A DNA stretch of 40,853 bases, from the NCBI GenBank assembly GCA_049968235.1, contig JBMFRC010000025.1, positions 1 to 40,853 on the forward strand, read 5' to 3'. Each line of letters opens with the position of its first letter. The stretch's first letter is position 1. The notes below the pieces were generated by a model that did not search any database, was not told the origin of the DNA, and saw only the letters and a list, made by a program, of their open reading frames with translations. Positions 1 to 9,312 of the stretch are shown one piece after another. The DNA is from Candidatus Hydrogenedens sp. (GTDB lineage Bacteria; Hydrogenedentota; Hydrogenedentia; Hydrogenedentales; Hydrogenedentaceae). Position numbers and translations under genes: made by a program.

Positions 1-111
1 GTAGTACTTTGATTTTATTCTCATAAGATTAACAAAACCGCCGGTGCCTTCAATCTTTGCTCCGATAAATACATCTTGAAGTGACTGATAAAATTTTTGT
101 TCTTTGGTCAT
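1..111 (-). CDS. 5' end of a gene running off the window. N-terminus is MTKEQKFYQSLQDVFIGAKIEGTGGFVNLMRIKSKYY; product unknown.
   Basis: Reverse complement of 1-111 gives an ATG-initiated open frame. A GAGGT Shine-Dalgarno sits 8 nt upstream on the minus strand. No family recognised from 37 aa. Confidence 0.4.
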   Translation of the reverse strand, partial: MTKEQKFYQSLQDVFIGAKIEGTGGFVNLMRIKSKYY

Positions 112-356
112 GCTATTACCTCAATATTTTGCTTATTCTATATCTTTTTATCTTTAATCCCAGTATAAACAAACGATGGGATATAAGATACGTTTGTATA
201 AATATAAAATAGGTAGGAGATTAGGATAAAACAGATAATATTAGGAAAGCAATAAGAGGAAATATAATCTGATGAAAATATTAATTCCTGCACAAATAAT
301 CTATTAGATCGGCAGTTAGTTTAGTGCGATGAGATATGAACTAGGAAGATATATAG

Positions 357-430
357 TGGGCGATACTGGACTTGAACCAGTGGCCTCTGCCGTGTGAAAG
401 CAGCGCTCTAACCAGCTGAGCTAATCGCCC
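357..430 (-). tRNA. tRNA-Val, anticodon CAC
   Basis: Hand-folded minus-strand cloverleaf: acceptor GGGCGAT/ATCGCCC, D-arm GCTC-AGCTGGTTA-GAGC, anticodon stem CTGCT/GGCAG with loop TTCACAC, T-arm ACTGG-TTCAAGT-CCAGT, discriminator A. CCA is not encoded. Confidence 0.8.
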
Positions 431-585
431 GCAGTAGATAATAGCATATCAAAAATAGGCGTTTTTTGCAAGTTCTATGAATTTTAGATAAATTGTAAGT
501 ATTCTGTGATAGTTAATAAGGGGTTATTTGAAAATAAGAATGTATTTTTGTTATTATATGCTTCCAAAATTTTTGATAAATCAGC

Positions 586-663
586 GTCCCCATCGTCTAG
601 CCTGGCCTAGGACATCGCCCTTTCACGGCGGCAACAGGGGTTCAAATCCCCTTGGGGACGCCA
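586..663 (+). tRNA. tRNA-Glu, anticodon TTC, CCA encoded
   Basis: GTCCCCA...TGGGGAC acceptor, anticodon loop CTTTCAC, T-loop TTCAAAT. Near-identical in layout to canonical bacterial tRNA-Glu (GTCCCC...CCCTTTCACGGCGG...GGGGACGCCA). Confidence 0.9.
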
Positions 664-759
664 GTTTTTTTTACATGTATTTACTGTTTTAATGGTGATT
701 GAAAATGGGTATGGATTTGAAAATAGAATTCATTTTTTTATATACTTTGAAATTACAAT

Positions 760-835
760 TGGGGCGTCGCCAAGTTGGTAAGGCACCGGGTTTTGGTCCC
801 GGCATTCGTTGGTTCGAATCCAGCCGCCCCAGCCA
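760..835 (+). tRNA. tRNA-Gln, anticodon TTG, CCA encoded
   Basis: TGGGGCG/CGCCCCA acceptor, D-arm CGCCAAGTTGGTAAGGCA, anticodon stem CCGGG/CCCGG with loop TTTTGGT, T-loop TTCGAAT. Resembles enterobacterial tRNA-Gln(UUG). Confidence 0.85.
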
Positions 836-893
836 TTTTTTTCTATAAACAGTTTTTTAGAATGAATAAACTTTTTTAATTGTGAGACCTAAA

Positions 894-1853
894 ATGACTT
901 GTGCGGGCGATTTACTGGTTTTTTCTGGGAATGCGTCTCGAACGCTTACAAAGAATATATGTGAGTGTTTAGGGATAGTTCCCGGGAATGCGATTGTGGA
1001 CCGTTTCAGTGATGGAGAGGTTCATGTGCAGATATGTGAGCATGTCCGTGGTAGAGATATTTTCTTAGTAAATAGCACCTGTCCACCGGTGAATGACCAT
1101 TTAATGGAACTGCTTATTATGATAGATGCAGTTCGGCGTGCTTCTGCTGACCGAATTACAGCGGTTATTCCCTATTTTGGTTATGCCCGTCAGGACCGTA
1201 AGGATAAAGGGAGAGTTCCAATCACCGCTAAATTGGTGGCAAATTTAATTACTGCGGCAGGTGCCAACCGTGTTCTAACGGTGGATTTACATTGTGGACA
1301 AATTCAGGGTTTTTTTGATATACCTCTTGACCATTTAAGGGGCGATGTTGTTTTTGTCGAAGAATTTGCAAAAAGAAAATATAAAGATGATTATGTTGTT
1401 GTTTCGCCGGATATGGGTAGTGTAGCTCGTGCCCGCGAGTTTGCTTCCCGTTTAGGATTACCCTTAGCAATTGTGGATAAGCGTCGTCCCAAAGAAAATC
1501 AATCTGAAGTGATGAATATTATTGGTGAAATAGAAGGATATCATGCTATCCTTTTTGATGATATGGTAGATACCGCAGGGACATTAGTAAAAGCGGCATT
1601 TGCATTAAAAGAACAGGGAGCGTTGAGTGTTTGTGCTTGTGCAACCCATCCTGTTTTAAGTGGAAAAGCGATAAAGACAATTATTGATTCTCCTATTGAG
1701 GAAATCTTTTTTTGTAATTCTATTGAGTTAAGAGAAGAAGCTCAAAAAAGTGATAAGTTTAAAGTGTTAAATCTCGCTCCGCTTATTGCAAAGGCTATTC
1801 GAAATATTCATGATGAACAATCTGTTAGTAGTTTATTAACACAAAACACATAA
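894..1853 (+). CDS. prs: Ribose-phosphate pyrophosphokinase (PRPP synthetase)
   Basis: Full-length colinear similarity to Prs: LVFSGNAS, RFSDGEVHVQI, PYFGYARQDRK, and a DLHCGQIQGFFDIP PRPP-binding region. In-frame GTG at 882 is an alternative start; ATG 894 aligns better with known N-termini. Confidence 0.93.
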   Translation: MTCAGDLLVFSGNASRTLTKNICECLGIVPGNAIVDRFSDGEVHVQICEHVRGRDIFLVNSTCPPVNDHLMELLIMIDAVRRASADRITAVIPYFGYARQDRKDKGRVPITAKLVANLITAAGANRVLTVDLHCGQIQGFFDIPLDHLRGDVVFVEEFAKRKYKDDYVVVSPDMGSVARAREFASRLGLPLAIVDKRRPKENQSEVMNIIGEIEGYHAILFDDMVDTAGTLVKAAFALKEQGALSVCACATHPVLSGKAIKTIIDSPIEEIFFCNSIELREEAQKSDKFKVLNLAPLIAKAIRNIHDEQSVSSLLTQNT

Positions 1854-1875
1854 ATTGTTTATGGAGAAAGGACTT

Positions 1876-2523
1876 ATGGAAATACCGGTCATAAAGGCAC
1901 AACTTCGGACAAAAGAAGGGAAATCTTCTACAAAAAAGGTAAGAAAAGAGGGGAATATCCCTTCTGTATTATATGGAATGAAAGAACAGACAGTACCCTT
2001 AAAAATGGATGCTAAAACATTTTTGAGAACACTTTCTCATCTGGAAGGGAAACATCCCATCGTAAAACTGGAAATTGAAGGAGATGCCCATCCGGATTTC
2101 CCGGCAATTATAAAAGAGATACAACGGGAACCCGTAACGAATGCTATTATTCATGTGGATTTCCAGAAGATACGATTAGACCAAAAGATTCATACTTCAG
2201 TCCCCGTTGTCCTGGTAGGACAATCAGAAGGTGTGAAAATGGGTGGTGTTTTAGACCATCAATTACGCGAGTTGGAGATAGAATGCCTTGCTTTACAGGT
2301 TCCTGCCCATTTTGAAATTGATGTGACAAATTTAGTTTTAGGGCATTCAATCCATGTAGCAGATATTACTCCTCCCGAAGGGATTAAGATTTTAACGGAT
2401 CCAGACCGTGTGGTTGTATCTATCCATGTGCCTCGAACGCTTGAGGCTAAGGCGGCAACCGAAGAAGAAAAAGCAGAAGAAGGTGCCGAGGAAACCAAAG
2501 AAGCCGAAGAAGAAAAGGAATAA
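1876..2523 (+). CDS. rplY: 50S ribosomal protein L25, long Ctc/general-stress form with acidic C-terminal tail
   Basis: KAQLRTKEGKSSTKKVRKEGNIPSVLYG is the L25/TL5/Ctc N-terminal signature. GGAGAAAGG Shine-Dalgarno precedes ATG 1876. The conserved prs-ctc-pth gene order supports the call. In-frame ATG at 1855 is less likely. Confidence 0.85.
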   Translation: MEIPVIKAQLRTKEGKSSTKKVRKEGNIPSVLYGMKEQTVPLKMDAKTFLRTLSHLEGKHPIVKLEIEGDAHPDFPAIIKEIQREPVTNAIIHVDFQKIRLDQKIHTSVPVVLVGQSEGVKMGGVLDHQLRELEIECLALQVPAHFEIDVTNLVLGHSIHVADITPPEGIKILTDPDRVVVSIHVPRTLEAKAATEEEKAEEGAEETKEAEEEKE

Positions 2524-2652
2524 TTATCCCTTTTATATATCGTTCGAGGTGCATGGCAGACGAAGCATCCCAACTTTTCTATTCGAGAAAAGTTTTGAGA
2601 TGCTTTTTATTTTATTTATCATAAGAAAAATTTTCTTTGGAATTGCAAAGAG

Positions 2653-3258
2653 ATGAAAGTAATTGTAGGATTAGGGAATCCGGGAAAAAGATATGTTCAA
2701 ACGAGACATAATATAGGATTTCGAGTAGTGGATTTTCTATCAGCCAAAATAAAATGTCCTATTTCCCGTGAAGATTTCTATGCAGACGTCGGTTATACAA
2801 GAATAGGGAATGAAAAAATATGTCTGCTGAAGCCCACGACCTTTATGAATTTAAGTGGCAAATCGGTGAAGAGTATTATGGATTACTTTTCCCTTGCTCC
2901 TCAGGATTTTTTAATAATCCTTGATGATGTAGAATTGCCGTTAGGTGCAATACGATTACGACCTCAGGGCAGTTCAGGAGGACATAAAGGGCTTCAATCT
3001 ATTATTGAATGTTGTAAGACAGATACTTTTCCTCGATTGCGATTGGGAGTAGGAAAGCCTACACATCCCATAGATTTAGCCGATTATGTGCTGATGCCTT
3101 TTGATGATACAGAGAAACCTGTTGTTGATATGATGATACAGGAAGCAGGTTTAGCAGTAGAAAGTTGGATTTCCAATGGAATTGAGATAACAATGAACCG
3201 CTTTAACAAGAAAGAAAATAATAATAAGAAGGAAAAAGACTATGACAACAAAGAATGA
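2653..3258 (+). CDS. pth: Peptidyl-tRNA hydrolase
   Basis: MKVIVGLGNPGKRYVQTRHNIGF, plus the HKGLQSI and DD motifs of Pth. Correct length for the family. Confidence 0.93.
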   Translation: MKVIVGLGNPGKRYVQTRHNIGFRVVDFLSAKIKCPISREDFYADVGYTRIGNEKICLLKPTTFMNLSGKSVKSIMDYFSLAPQDFLIILDDVELPLGAIRLRPQGSSGGHKGLQSIIECCKTDTFPRLRLGVGKPTHPIDLADYVLMPFDDTEKPVVDMMIQEAGLAVESWISNGIEITMNRFNKKENNNKKEKDYDNKE

Positions 3259-3778
3259 ACAAACACATACCATCAGTATTCTTGTTGAAAACCATTTTGG
3301 GGTTCTGGCTCGTGTCTCAGGCTTGTTCAGTGCCCGGGGATACAATATTGATAGCCTTTGTGTCGGTGAAACGGAAAACCCTGAAATTTCTCGCATGACA
3401 GTAACCGTTCGTGGAAGCGAAAATGTCTTAAATCAGATTATAAAACAATTAAATAAACTGGTAGATGTAATTGAAGTTCAAGACTTAACGCAATCCGCTT
3501 TTGTCGAACGCGAACTGGTAATGGTAAAAGTAAAAGCGGACCGTAAAACAAGAGCAGAAGTGGTAGAAATTTCCAATATATTCCGTGCTCGCGTTGTAGA
3601 TGTAGGCACACATGCTATGATTATCATGATTACAGGAGCCAAAAGTAAGGTAGAAGCCTTCATAGATATGATGAAGGCCTTTGGAATTATTGAAGTAGTC
3701 CGAACAGGAACAATTGCAATTGAACGGTGCGGTTCAAATGGGTATAATATTAGTCCTAATACTGAAAATGATGACTAA
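3242..3778 (+). CDS. ilvH: ACT-domain protein resembling acetolactate synthase small (regulatory) subunit
   Basis: HTISILVENHFGVLARVSGLFSARGYNIDSLCVGETENPEISRMTV and the C-terminal AFGIIEVVRTG resemble IlvH/IlvN along the full length. Overlaps the pth stop by 17 nt, suggesting translational coupling. No ilvB/ilvC nearby. Confidence 0.65.
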   Translation: MTTKNEQTHTISILVENHFGVLARVSGLFSARGYNIDSLCVGETENPEISRMTVTVRGSENVLNQIIKQLNKLVDVIEVQDLTQSAFVERELVMVKVKADRKTRAEVVEISNIFRARVVDVGTHAMIIMITGAKSKVEAFIDMMKAFGIIEVVRTGTIAIERCGSNGYNISPNTENDD

Positions 3779-3922
3779 AATTGAAAATGAAGTTACAACA
3801 AAAACGGAAAGTGATATTGAAATGCAAAGATGGAATAACCCGAAAAAAATTGTTGGACGGAACAATTTGGGTAAAAGCATTCCATGCCGATGCAGACACT
3901 TTCAAGGACGGCATTGAAAGGT

Positions 3923-3957
3923 AAAGCCACAGCAAATTTTGCTGTGGCTTTTTTTTT
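3923..3957 (+). terminator. Rho-independent terminator ending the prs-ctc-pth-ilvH unit
   Basis: Perfect 11-bp stem GCCACAGCAAA/TTTGCTGTGGC followed by a T9 run. Confidence 0.75.
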
Positions 3958-3979
3958 AGATACATAAAGGAAAGAATAT

Positions 3980-4729
3980 ATGAAGACACAAATAAAAAAT
4001 TTATTGGAATTACAGGATATTGATTTACAAATAGAAGCATTGCTCTCCAAAGAAAAAGAAATACCCAAACAGAAAGAAAAATTGCAAATACAGGAAAAAA
4101 AGTTAAAACAGGAAATAGAAGATAACGAAAAGACTCATAAAAAACTTATATTGGACCAGAGGGAATGTGAACGGCAAATTACCCAATTACAGGAACAAAT
4201 AAAAAAATATAACAATCAATTGCAAGGGGTAAAAAAGAACGAAGAATATCAGGCTTTGCTAAAAGAAATTGATGATATAAAAAAACAAATAGGGCTGAAG
4301 GAAGAAGAACAAATCAAAATAATGCTTCAAATGGACGAAGCAAATCTGTTCTTTCTGGAAGCAAAAAAAAGAATTGAAACAGAAATCCAGCAATTGAAAA
4401 AACAGGAGGAGAAAATAGATAAAGAACTTCAGGAAGTTATACAGGAACGGAAAGAACTGGAACAAAAAAAATTAGAGGCTCAAAAATCAGTTAACCCGGA
4501 ATTGCTCAGTCACTATTTACGAGTGAAACAAAGAAGGAAAACGGGACCTGTTGTTGTTCCATTAAAAGACGAAATTTGTTCCGGCTGTTATATGCAGATA
4601 CTCCCTCAGGTTGTAAATGAGATTATGGCAAGCGAGAAGATACACACATGCAGGCATTGTGGTAGAATTCTCTATTATCCAAATTTGCTCGATGAACAAG
4701 AGCCTGTTATCATTCCCGGTGATACATAA
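3980..4729 (+). CDS. Coiled-coil protein with C-terminal C4 zinc ribbon (COG1579/zf-RING_7-like)
   Basis: Long K/E/Q-rich heptad-like region. C-terminal CSGCYMQ...CRHCGRIL forms a CxxC...CxxC ribbon. Confidence 0.65.
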   Translation: MKTQIKNLLELQDIDLQIEALLSKEKEIPKQKEKLQIQEKKLKQEIEDNEKTHKKLILDQRECERQITQLQEQIKKYNNQLQGVKKNEEYQALLKEIDDIKKQIGLKEEEQIKIMLQMDEANLFFLEAKKRIETEIQQLKKQEEKIDKELQEVIQERKELEQKKLEAQKSVNPELLSHYLRVKQRRKTGPVVVPLKDEICSGCYMQILPQVVNEIMASEKIHTCRHCGRILYYPNLLDEQEPVIIPGDT

Positions 4730-4776
4730 TATCCAAATCTATCTTTATGAAATATCTCATATAAAGAAAATTTTTT

Positions 4777-6081
4777 ATGGATGTCTATTCAAAAGGTTTG
4801 CCTGCTGAAGATATAGATTTTCTAAAAACACTGGTTTTACACGGTGTTAAATTGGGTCTGGAAAATATAAGGAATATCCTCTCCTATGTGGGAGATCCCC
4901 ATAAAAAATTTTTATCTATTCATGTAGGCGGGACAAATGGTAAAGGTAGTACAGTTGCTTATATTGATAGAATTTTTCGAGAGCAGGGTATTCGAACAGG
5001 AAAGTTTACAAGTCCACACCTTATAGATTTGGCAGAGCGGTTCCAAATAAATGGACAGCCGATACCTTCTGAAGACTTACATGAACAAATCTTTTTCTTT
5101 AAAAAAATTACGGAAGAAATTGGAACACTTCCAACATTTTTTGAATTTTGCACTGCGATTGCTTTCCATTGGTTTGCTTTACAAAAAGTAGAATGGGCGA
5201 TAGTTGAAGTTGGAATGGGAGGAAGATTGGACTCTACCAATGTAATAACCCCTGAGGTCTGTGCAATTACCAATATTGGATTGGAACATACGCAGTATCT
5301 CGGTGATACAGTAGAAAAAATTGCATGGGAAAAGGCAGGGATTATAAAAGAGAAAATACCGGTAGTTATCGGTGAAAAAAAACAAGAAGCAATAAATGTT
5401 TTTTATAAAAAGACAAAAGATTTATCTTCTCCATTATGGCAAATAGAAAAGGATTTTTATATTCAATGGGAAAGAACTCTGGAAGGAGCAAAACTAACAT
5501 ATAAAAGTCCTGTTCGAGAGATAAAAGGAGCCTTCTCAAGACTTTCCGCATTATATCAGCGTGAAAATGCAGGAGTAGCCATAGCGGTGATAGATTGGCT
5601 TAGCCAGAGAGGTGTTACGATAAAAGAAAATGCTCTTCTTCGCGGGCTCGCAAACGCACATTGGCCCGGAAGATTTGATGTAATTTCTCAATCTCCATGG
5701 ATATTATTAGACTCCGCCCATAATCCGGATGGGATGGAAAGGTTGGTAGAAAACCTTGAAGATAAAATGCTGGTAGTGTTCTCTGTCGCAGATGATAAAA
5801 ATGTTGAAGATATTATCAAAATACTGACACCCCATGTCGATGAGTTTATAATCACTCAATTTTACGGAAAACGAGCCATGTCTACGGATAAAATAAAAGA
5901 AATAGTTGCAAAAACAAATGTCCCTTTTTTTATTGAACAGGATTTTCATTCTGCTCTGGAACATGGCTGGCAAAAAGCCCAACAAGGACAAAAATTGCTT
6001 ATTACAGGTTCTATCTATGCAATTGGACAGACCTATGAATGGCTTATTAATAAAGGAGTGATAAAGAAAATAGAGTTTTAA
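4777..6081 (+). CDS. folC: Folylpolyglutamate synthase / dihydrofolate synthase (Mur ligase family)
   Basis: HVGGTNGKGST P-loop and the layout of the Mur-ligase middle and C-terminal domains. Correct length. Confidence 0.85.
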   Translation: MDVYSKGLPAEDIDFLKTLVLHGVKLGLENIRNILSYVGDPHKKFLSIHVGGTNGKGSTVAYIDRIFREQGIRTGKFTSPHLIDLAERFQINGQPIPSEDLHEQIFFFKKITEEIGTLPTFFEFCTAIAFHWFALQKVEWAIVEVGMGGRLDSTNVITPEVCAITNIGLEHTQYLGDTVEKIAWEKAGIIKEKIPVVIGEKKQEAINVFYKKTKDLSSPLWQIEKDFYIQWERTLEGAKLTYKSPVREIKGAFSRLSALYQRENAGVAIAVIDWLSQRGVTIKENALLRGLANAHWPGRFDVISQSPWILLDSAHNPDGMERLVENLEDKMLVVFSVADDKNVEDIIKILTPHVDEFIITQFYGKRAMSTDKIKEIVAKTNVPFFIEQDFHSALEHGWQKAQQGQKLLITGSIYAIGQTYEWLINKGVIKKIEF

Positions 6082-6148
6082 CTCCATCTTTTTTTAATAT
6101 ATACTCTAATTCATATTGTTTAATTTATAAAATTTGGAGAAAAATAAT

Positions 6149-7132
6149 ATGGCAAAGAAAATTCGAGTAGGTTTTATCGGTGCCGGAGGTATATCTATTT
6201 TGCACCATCATCGTTTCTCAACGATTAAACAAGCCGAAATAGTGGCATTAAACGAACCCAATTCAAGTTCTTTAGAAAGATTTTATAAACATTGTCCCGG
6301 TTCTGAAAGCCTACCTGTCTATTCGAGTTATAAGGATATGATAAAAAAAGAGAATCTGGACGCCGTAGTTATTTTAAGTCCTCATACCTTACATTATGAG
6401 CAAATTATGTATTCTTTAAATTGCGGTTTACATGTATTAACAGAGAAGCCAATGGTATGTTCCATTGGCCATGCAAAAGAGGTTATCCAGAAAGCCAAAA
6501 AAGTCAATAAAATCTTAATGATTTCCTATCAGAGACATTTCGAGCCACCATTCCGTTATATGCGGGAACAGGTACAAAAGGGTGCTATTGGAGAAGTTCA
6601 GTTTGTGCAGGCTTTATTGTCTCAGGAGTGGTTACGTTTAACACGCAATACATGGCGACAGATTCCGAAACTTTCCGGTGGCGGGCAATTAAACGACTCC
6701 GGTAGTCATTTCATTGATATTATGATGTGGATGACAGGTATGAAAGTAAAGGAAGTGTTTGCTAAGGTAGAAAAATTTGATGTGCCTGTGGATATTAACT
6801 CCGCTCTAACCTTAAAATTTGAGAACGGTGCTTTAGGAAACCTATCTGTTATTGGGAATGCACCAGGCTGGTATGAAGACCATACAATTGTAGGCAGTAA
6901 AGGGGCTTTATTCCTCAGACAGGGTATTGGTGTTTTACAGCAGGATGAATTAGGTAAACCTGTTAAAGTAAAACTTCCGAAAATGTCCAGCGACCCTGAC
7001 CGAAATTTTATTATGAGCATTTTAGGAAAAGAACAACCTGAAGTCCCACCCGAATGTGGACTGAGAACAATGGAAGTTACAGAGTCCGCATGGAAATCCG
7101 CAAAAACAGGCAAACCCATCCGTGTCCCATGA
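6149..7132 (+). CDS. Gfo/Idh/MocA family NAD(P)-dependent oxidoreductase, cytoplasmic
   Basis: IRVGFIGAGGI Rossmann motif and a GFO-type C-terminal alpha/beta domain. GGAG Shine-Dalgarno is placed for ATG 6149; ATG 6134 is an alternative start. No signal peptide. Confidence 0.85.
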   Translation: MAKKIRVGFIGAGGISILHHHRFSTIKQAEIVALNEPNSSSLERFYKHCPGSESLPVYSSYKDMIKKENLDAVVILSPHTLHYEQIMYSLNCGLHVLTEKPMVCSIGHAKEVIQKAKKVNKILMISYQRHFEPPFRYMREQVQKGAIGEVQFVQALLSQEWLRLTRNTWRQIPKLSGGGQLNDSGSHFIDIMMWMTGMKVKEVFAKVEKFDVPVDINSALTLKFENGALGNLSVIGNAPGWYEDHTIVGSKGALFLRQGIGVLQQDELGKPVKVKLPKMSSDPDRNFIMSILGKEQPEVPPECGLRTMEVTESAWKSAKTGKPIRVP

Positions 7133-7141
7133 ATAAATTAA

Positions 7142-9199
7142 ATGAACGGGATAAAAGTATATATATTTATTTTATGTTCCAGTTGTTTATTATTCCGTAT
7201 TGATGCTCAGAATTTAGAGGAAGAAATATTTGAAAATTTCAAAAAAGGTGTTTTTACTCAAGAAAAGGGAGATTTTAAATCAGCATTAAGTTATTTTGAA
7301 AGTATAAAAGACAATGAGTCATATATTTTCCCTTTTACTCAATTACGGATTGCCCAGTGTAAAGATGCCCTGAATCAAACAGAAGAAGGAATACATATTC
7401 TTGAGGAACTCATATCTAAGAATGAAAAAGAATCCGCATGGAGTTTGCCTGTTAACTATCACCTTGCCAGATACTATGAAAAGCAAGGCAATGATAAATT
7501 AGCATGTGCATACTATAACAAAATATATCCCCCATCATTTTTACCATGGTGGTTAGCGGCATATTTAACAGATTGTGGAATATTTTTAGTAAACACACGG
7601 GAATTTCAAAAAGTAGGTGCTGATTGCCTGCGAAAGGTAGTGAATTATGGAGGATATAATCCCTACCGGAAAAATGCTCTTTTAAGTTTATGCCTTTCAT
7701 CAGAGGATGAAGACAAAATCTTTGCAATTCGCTTTTTACTCAAAAGCGGTTATCTTTCAGAAGCATGGTTTATTCTATATAACAATGTAACATCTGAGTT
7801 TCTTACTTATGTAGGTCCTTCAAATGCGATTGAGAAATGGAAAATATTTGAAGATGCGGGGAAGGGTTTTATTTCACAGGTAAAACAAAACAGGCAAATA
7901 GAATATGTCTCCTTGCTTTATGAATATGCATTGCGATGTGCTATTTCATCTGCGAAATATCATATAGCGGATACTTTGTTTGATTTAATGAATAATGATT
8001 TCCCTTTAAATTTTGACGCAGGTGAATATTTATATTGGGCAGGACAAAAAGCAGAGAAAAACAAAAGCGAGGAACATGTAATTTCATACTACAACCTTTT
8101 GTTAAACCGTTTTCCTCAACATAAAAGGGTTCCGGATGTTTTGTTCCTATTAGGTTTCTGGTTCTATAACAAAGGTGACTGGAAAAAGGCACAGAAATAT
8201 TTTGAAACGATAGAAAAAAACTACCCCCAGTCTTCTTATTATTCCCGAACTATATATTTATTATCATCTATATTTGAAAGAAAAGGGGAGAAAGTAAAAG
8301 CAAAAGCATATTATCAAAAAGCAATACAGGGAAACATTGGAGATTATTATGTTCATAGTTCTGCAGAAAAATTGATAAAAGGGTTTAATAGTAGTGAAGA
8401 AAAAATGAAAATAGTCCCATTAAAACACCTCCCTGTATCTGTGCTTGTGAAAAATGCACTGTTATCGATGGATGATAATGAAATTAAGGAACAAATTAAA
8501 ACAGATACAGAATTAAAATGGTTATTCTATTTTAGCCAATTGGGAACGGAAGAAAAAGAATGGATAGCGTATTATATCTGCAATCAAATTCAAACCGGGA
8601 AACGAGATGAAAAAGTTCTGGTATTATTAGCCCATGCAGGTTCTTCTCAGGTCGTCTGGGATTATATATATTCCATTCGTCCTCAGGGATTTACAGATAT
8701 TCCGGAGGAAAATAAAAACCAGATTTTATTTCCACTTCCTTACTATAAATCTGTTATTCAATGGGCAAAAACAATGGCTGTTGACCCCTATTTGATATGG
8801 TCTATCATGAAGCAGGAAAGTTCCTATCGTACATCAGTAATATCCACTTCAAATGCAAAAGGACTTTTACAACTTATTCCCACCACATCAGAATGGGTTA
8901 TAAAAAAGGAGAACCAGTTAAAAGAGATAGACCCGTTGCTATGGAAATATCCAGACTATAACATCGCATTGGGAACCACATACTTTCGATATCTGCTGAA
9001 CCGATTTAATGGAAATATGATATATGCAATAGCTGGGTATAATGCGGGTCCTGGCAGAGTAGACCAATGGAAGAAAAACATGAAAAACAATGACATGGAA
9101 GCATTTATTGAAAATATCCCATTTACAGAAACACGCAATTATGTGAAAAAAGTTTTAGGCAATTATGCAGGCTATCATTCTATTTACAAAGGCTTTTAG
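7142..9199 (+). CDS. Secreted lytic murein transglycosylase (Slt domain) with N-terminal TPR/superhelical region
   Basis: Signal peptide. TPR-like repeats. C-terminal SIMKQESSYR...AKGLLQLIP...AGYNAGPGRV contains the catalytic Glu and family-1 lytic-transglycosylase motifs. Confidence 0.85.
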   Translation: MNGIKVYIFILCSSCLLFRIDAQNLEEEIFENFKKGVFTQEKGDFKSALSYFESIKDNESYIFPFTQLRIAQCKDALNQTEEGIHILEELISKNEKESAWSLPVNYHLARYYEKQGNDKLACAYYNKIYPPSFLPWWLAAYLTDCGIFLVNTREFQKVGADCLRKVVNYGGYNPYRKNALLSLCLSSEDEDKIFAIRFLLKSGYLSEAWFILYNNVTSEFLTYVGPSNAIEKWKIFEDAGKGFISQVKQNRQIEYVSLLYEYALRCAISSAKYHIADTLFDLMNNDFPLNFDAGEYLYWAGQKAEKNKSEEHVISYYNLLLNRFPQHKRVPDVLFLLGFWFYNKGDWKKAQKYFETIEKNYPQSSYYSRTIYLLSSIFERKGEKVKAKAYYQKAIQGNIGDYYVHSSAEKLIKGFNSSEEKMKIVPLKHLPVSVLVKNALLSMDDNEIKEQIKTDTELKWLFYFSQLGTEEKEWIAYYICNQIQTGKRDEKVLVLLAHAGSSQVVWDYIYSIRPQGFTDIPEENKNQILFPLPYYKSVIQWAKTMAVDPYLIWSIMKQESSYRTSVISTSNAKGLLQLIPTTSEWVIKKENQLKEIDPLLWKYPDYNIALGTTYFRYLLNRFNGNMIYAIAGYNAGPGRVDQWKKNMKNNDMEAFIENIPFTETRNYVKKVLGNYAGYHSIYKGF

Positions 9200-9312
9200 T
9201 TTTTTGCAACCATGAGAATTTATTTTTTCTATGTATTTATGCTACAATATGGATTGTTTCAACAAATCTCCTATCGTTCAAGATTAAAAACCTTTTTTTG
9301 GAGGAAAAATTT

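Noticed and set aside
431-585. Possible sigma70 promoters (TTGCAA ... GATAAAT; TTGTTA ... TTGATAAAT) in the divergent tRNA spacer
   Set aside because: AT-rich sequence gives many near-matches. Spacing cannot be evaluated confidently without a transcription start site, so it is not reported as a feature.
2408-2656. Lys-rich 82-aa ORF (PKKKKQKKVPRKPKKPKKKRNN...) overlapping the 3' end of rplY
   Set aside because: Frame-shifted reading of the GAA/GAG-rich acidic tail of L25/Ctc. Produced by codon periodicity, not an independent gene.
4259-4465. Minus-strand 68-aa Phe/Leu-rich ORF inside the zinc-ribbon coiled-coil gene
   Set aside because: Antisense of an AAA/GAA-rich coiled-coil coding region (the complement gives TTT/TTC codons). 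A compositional artefact.
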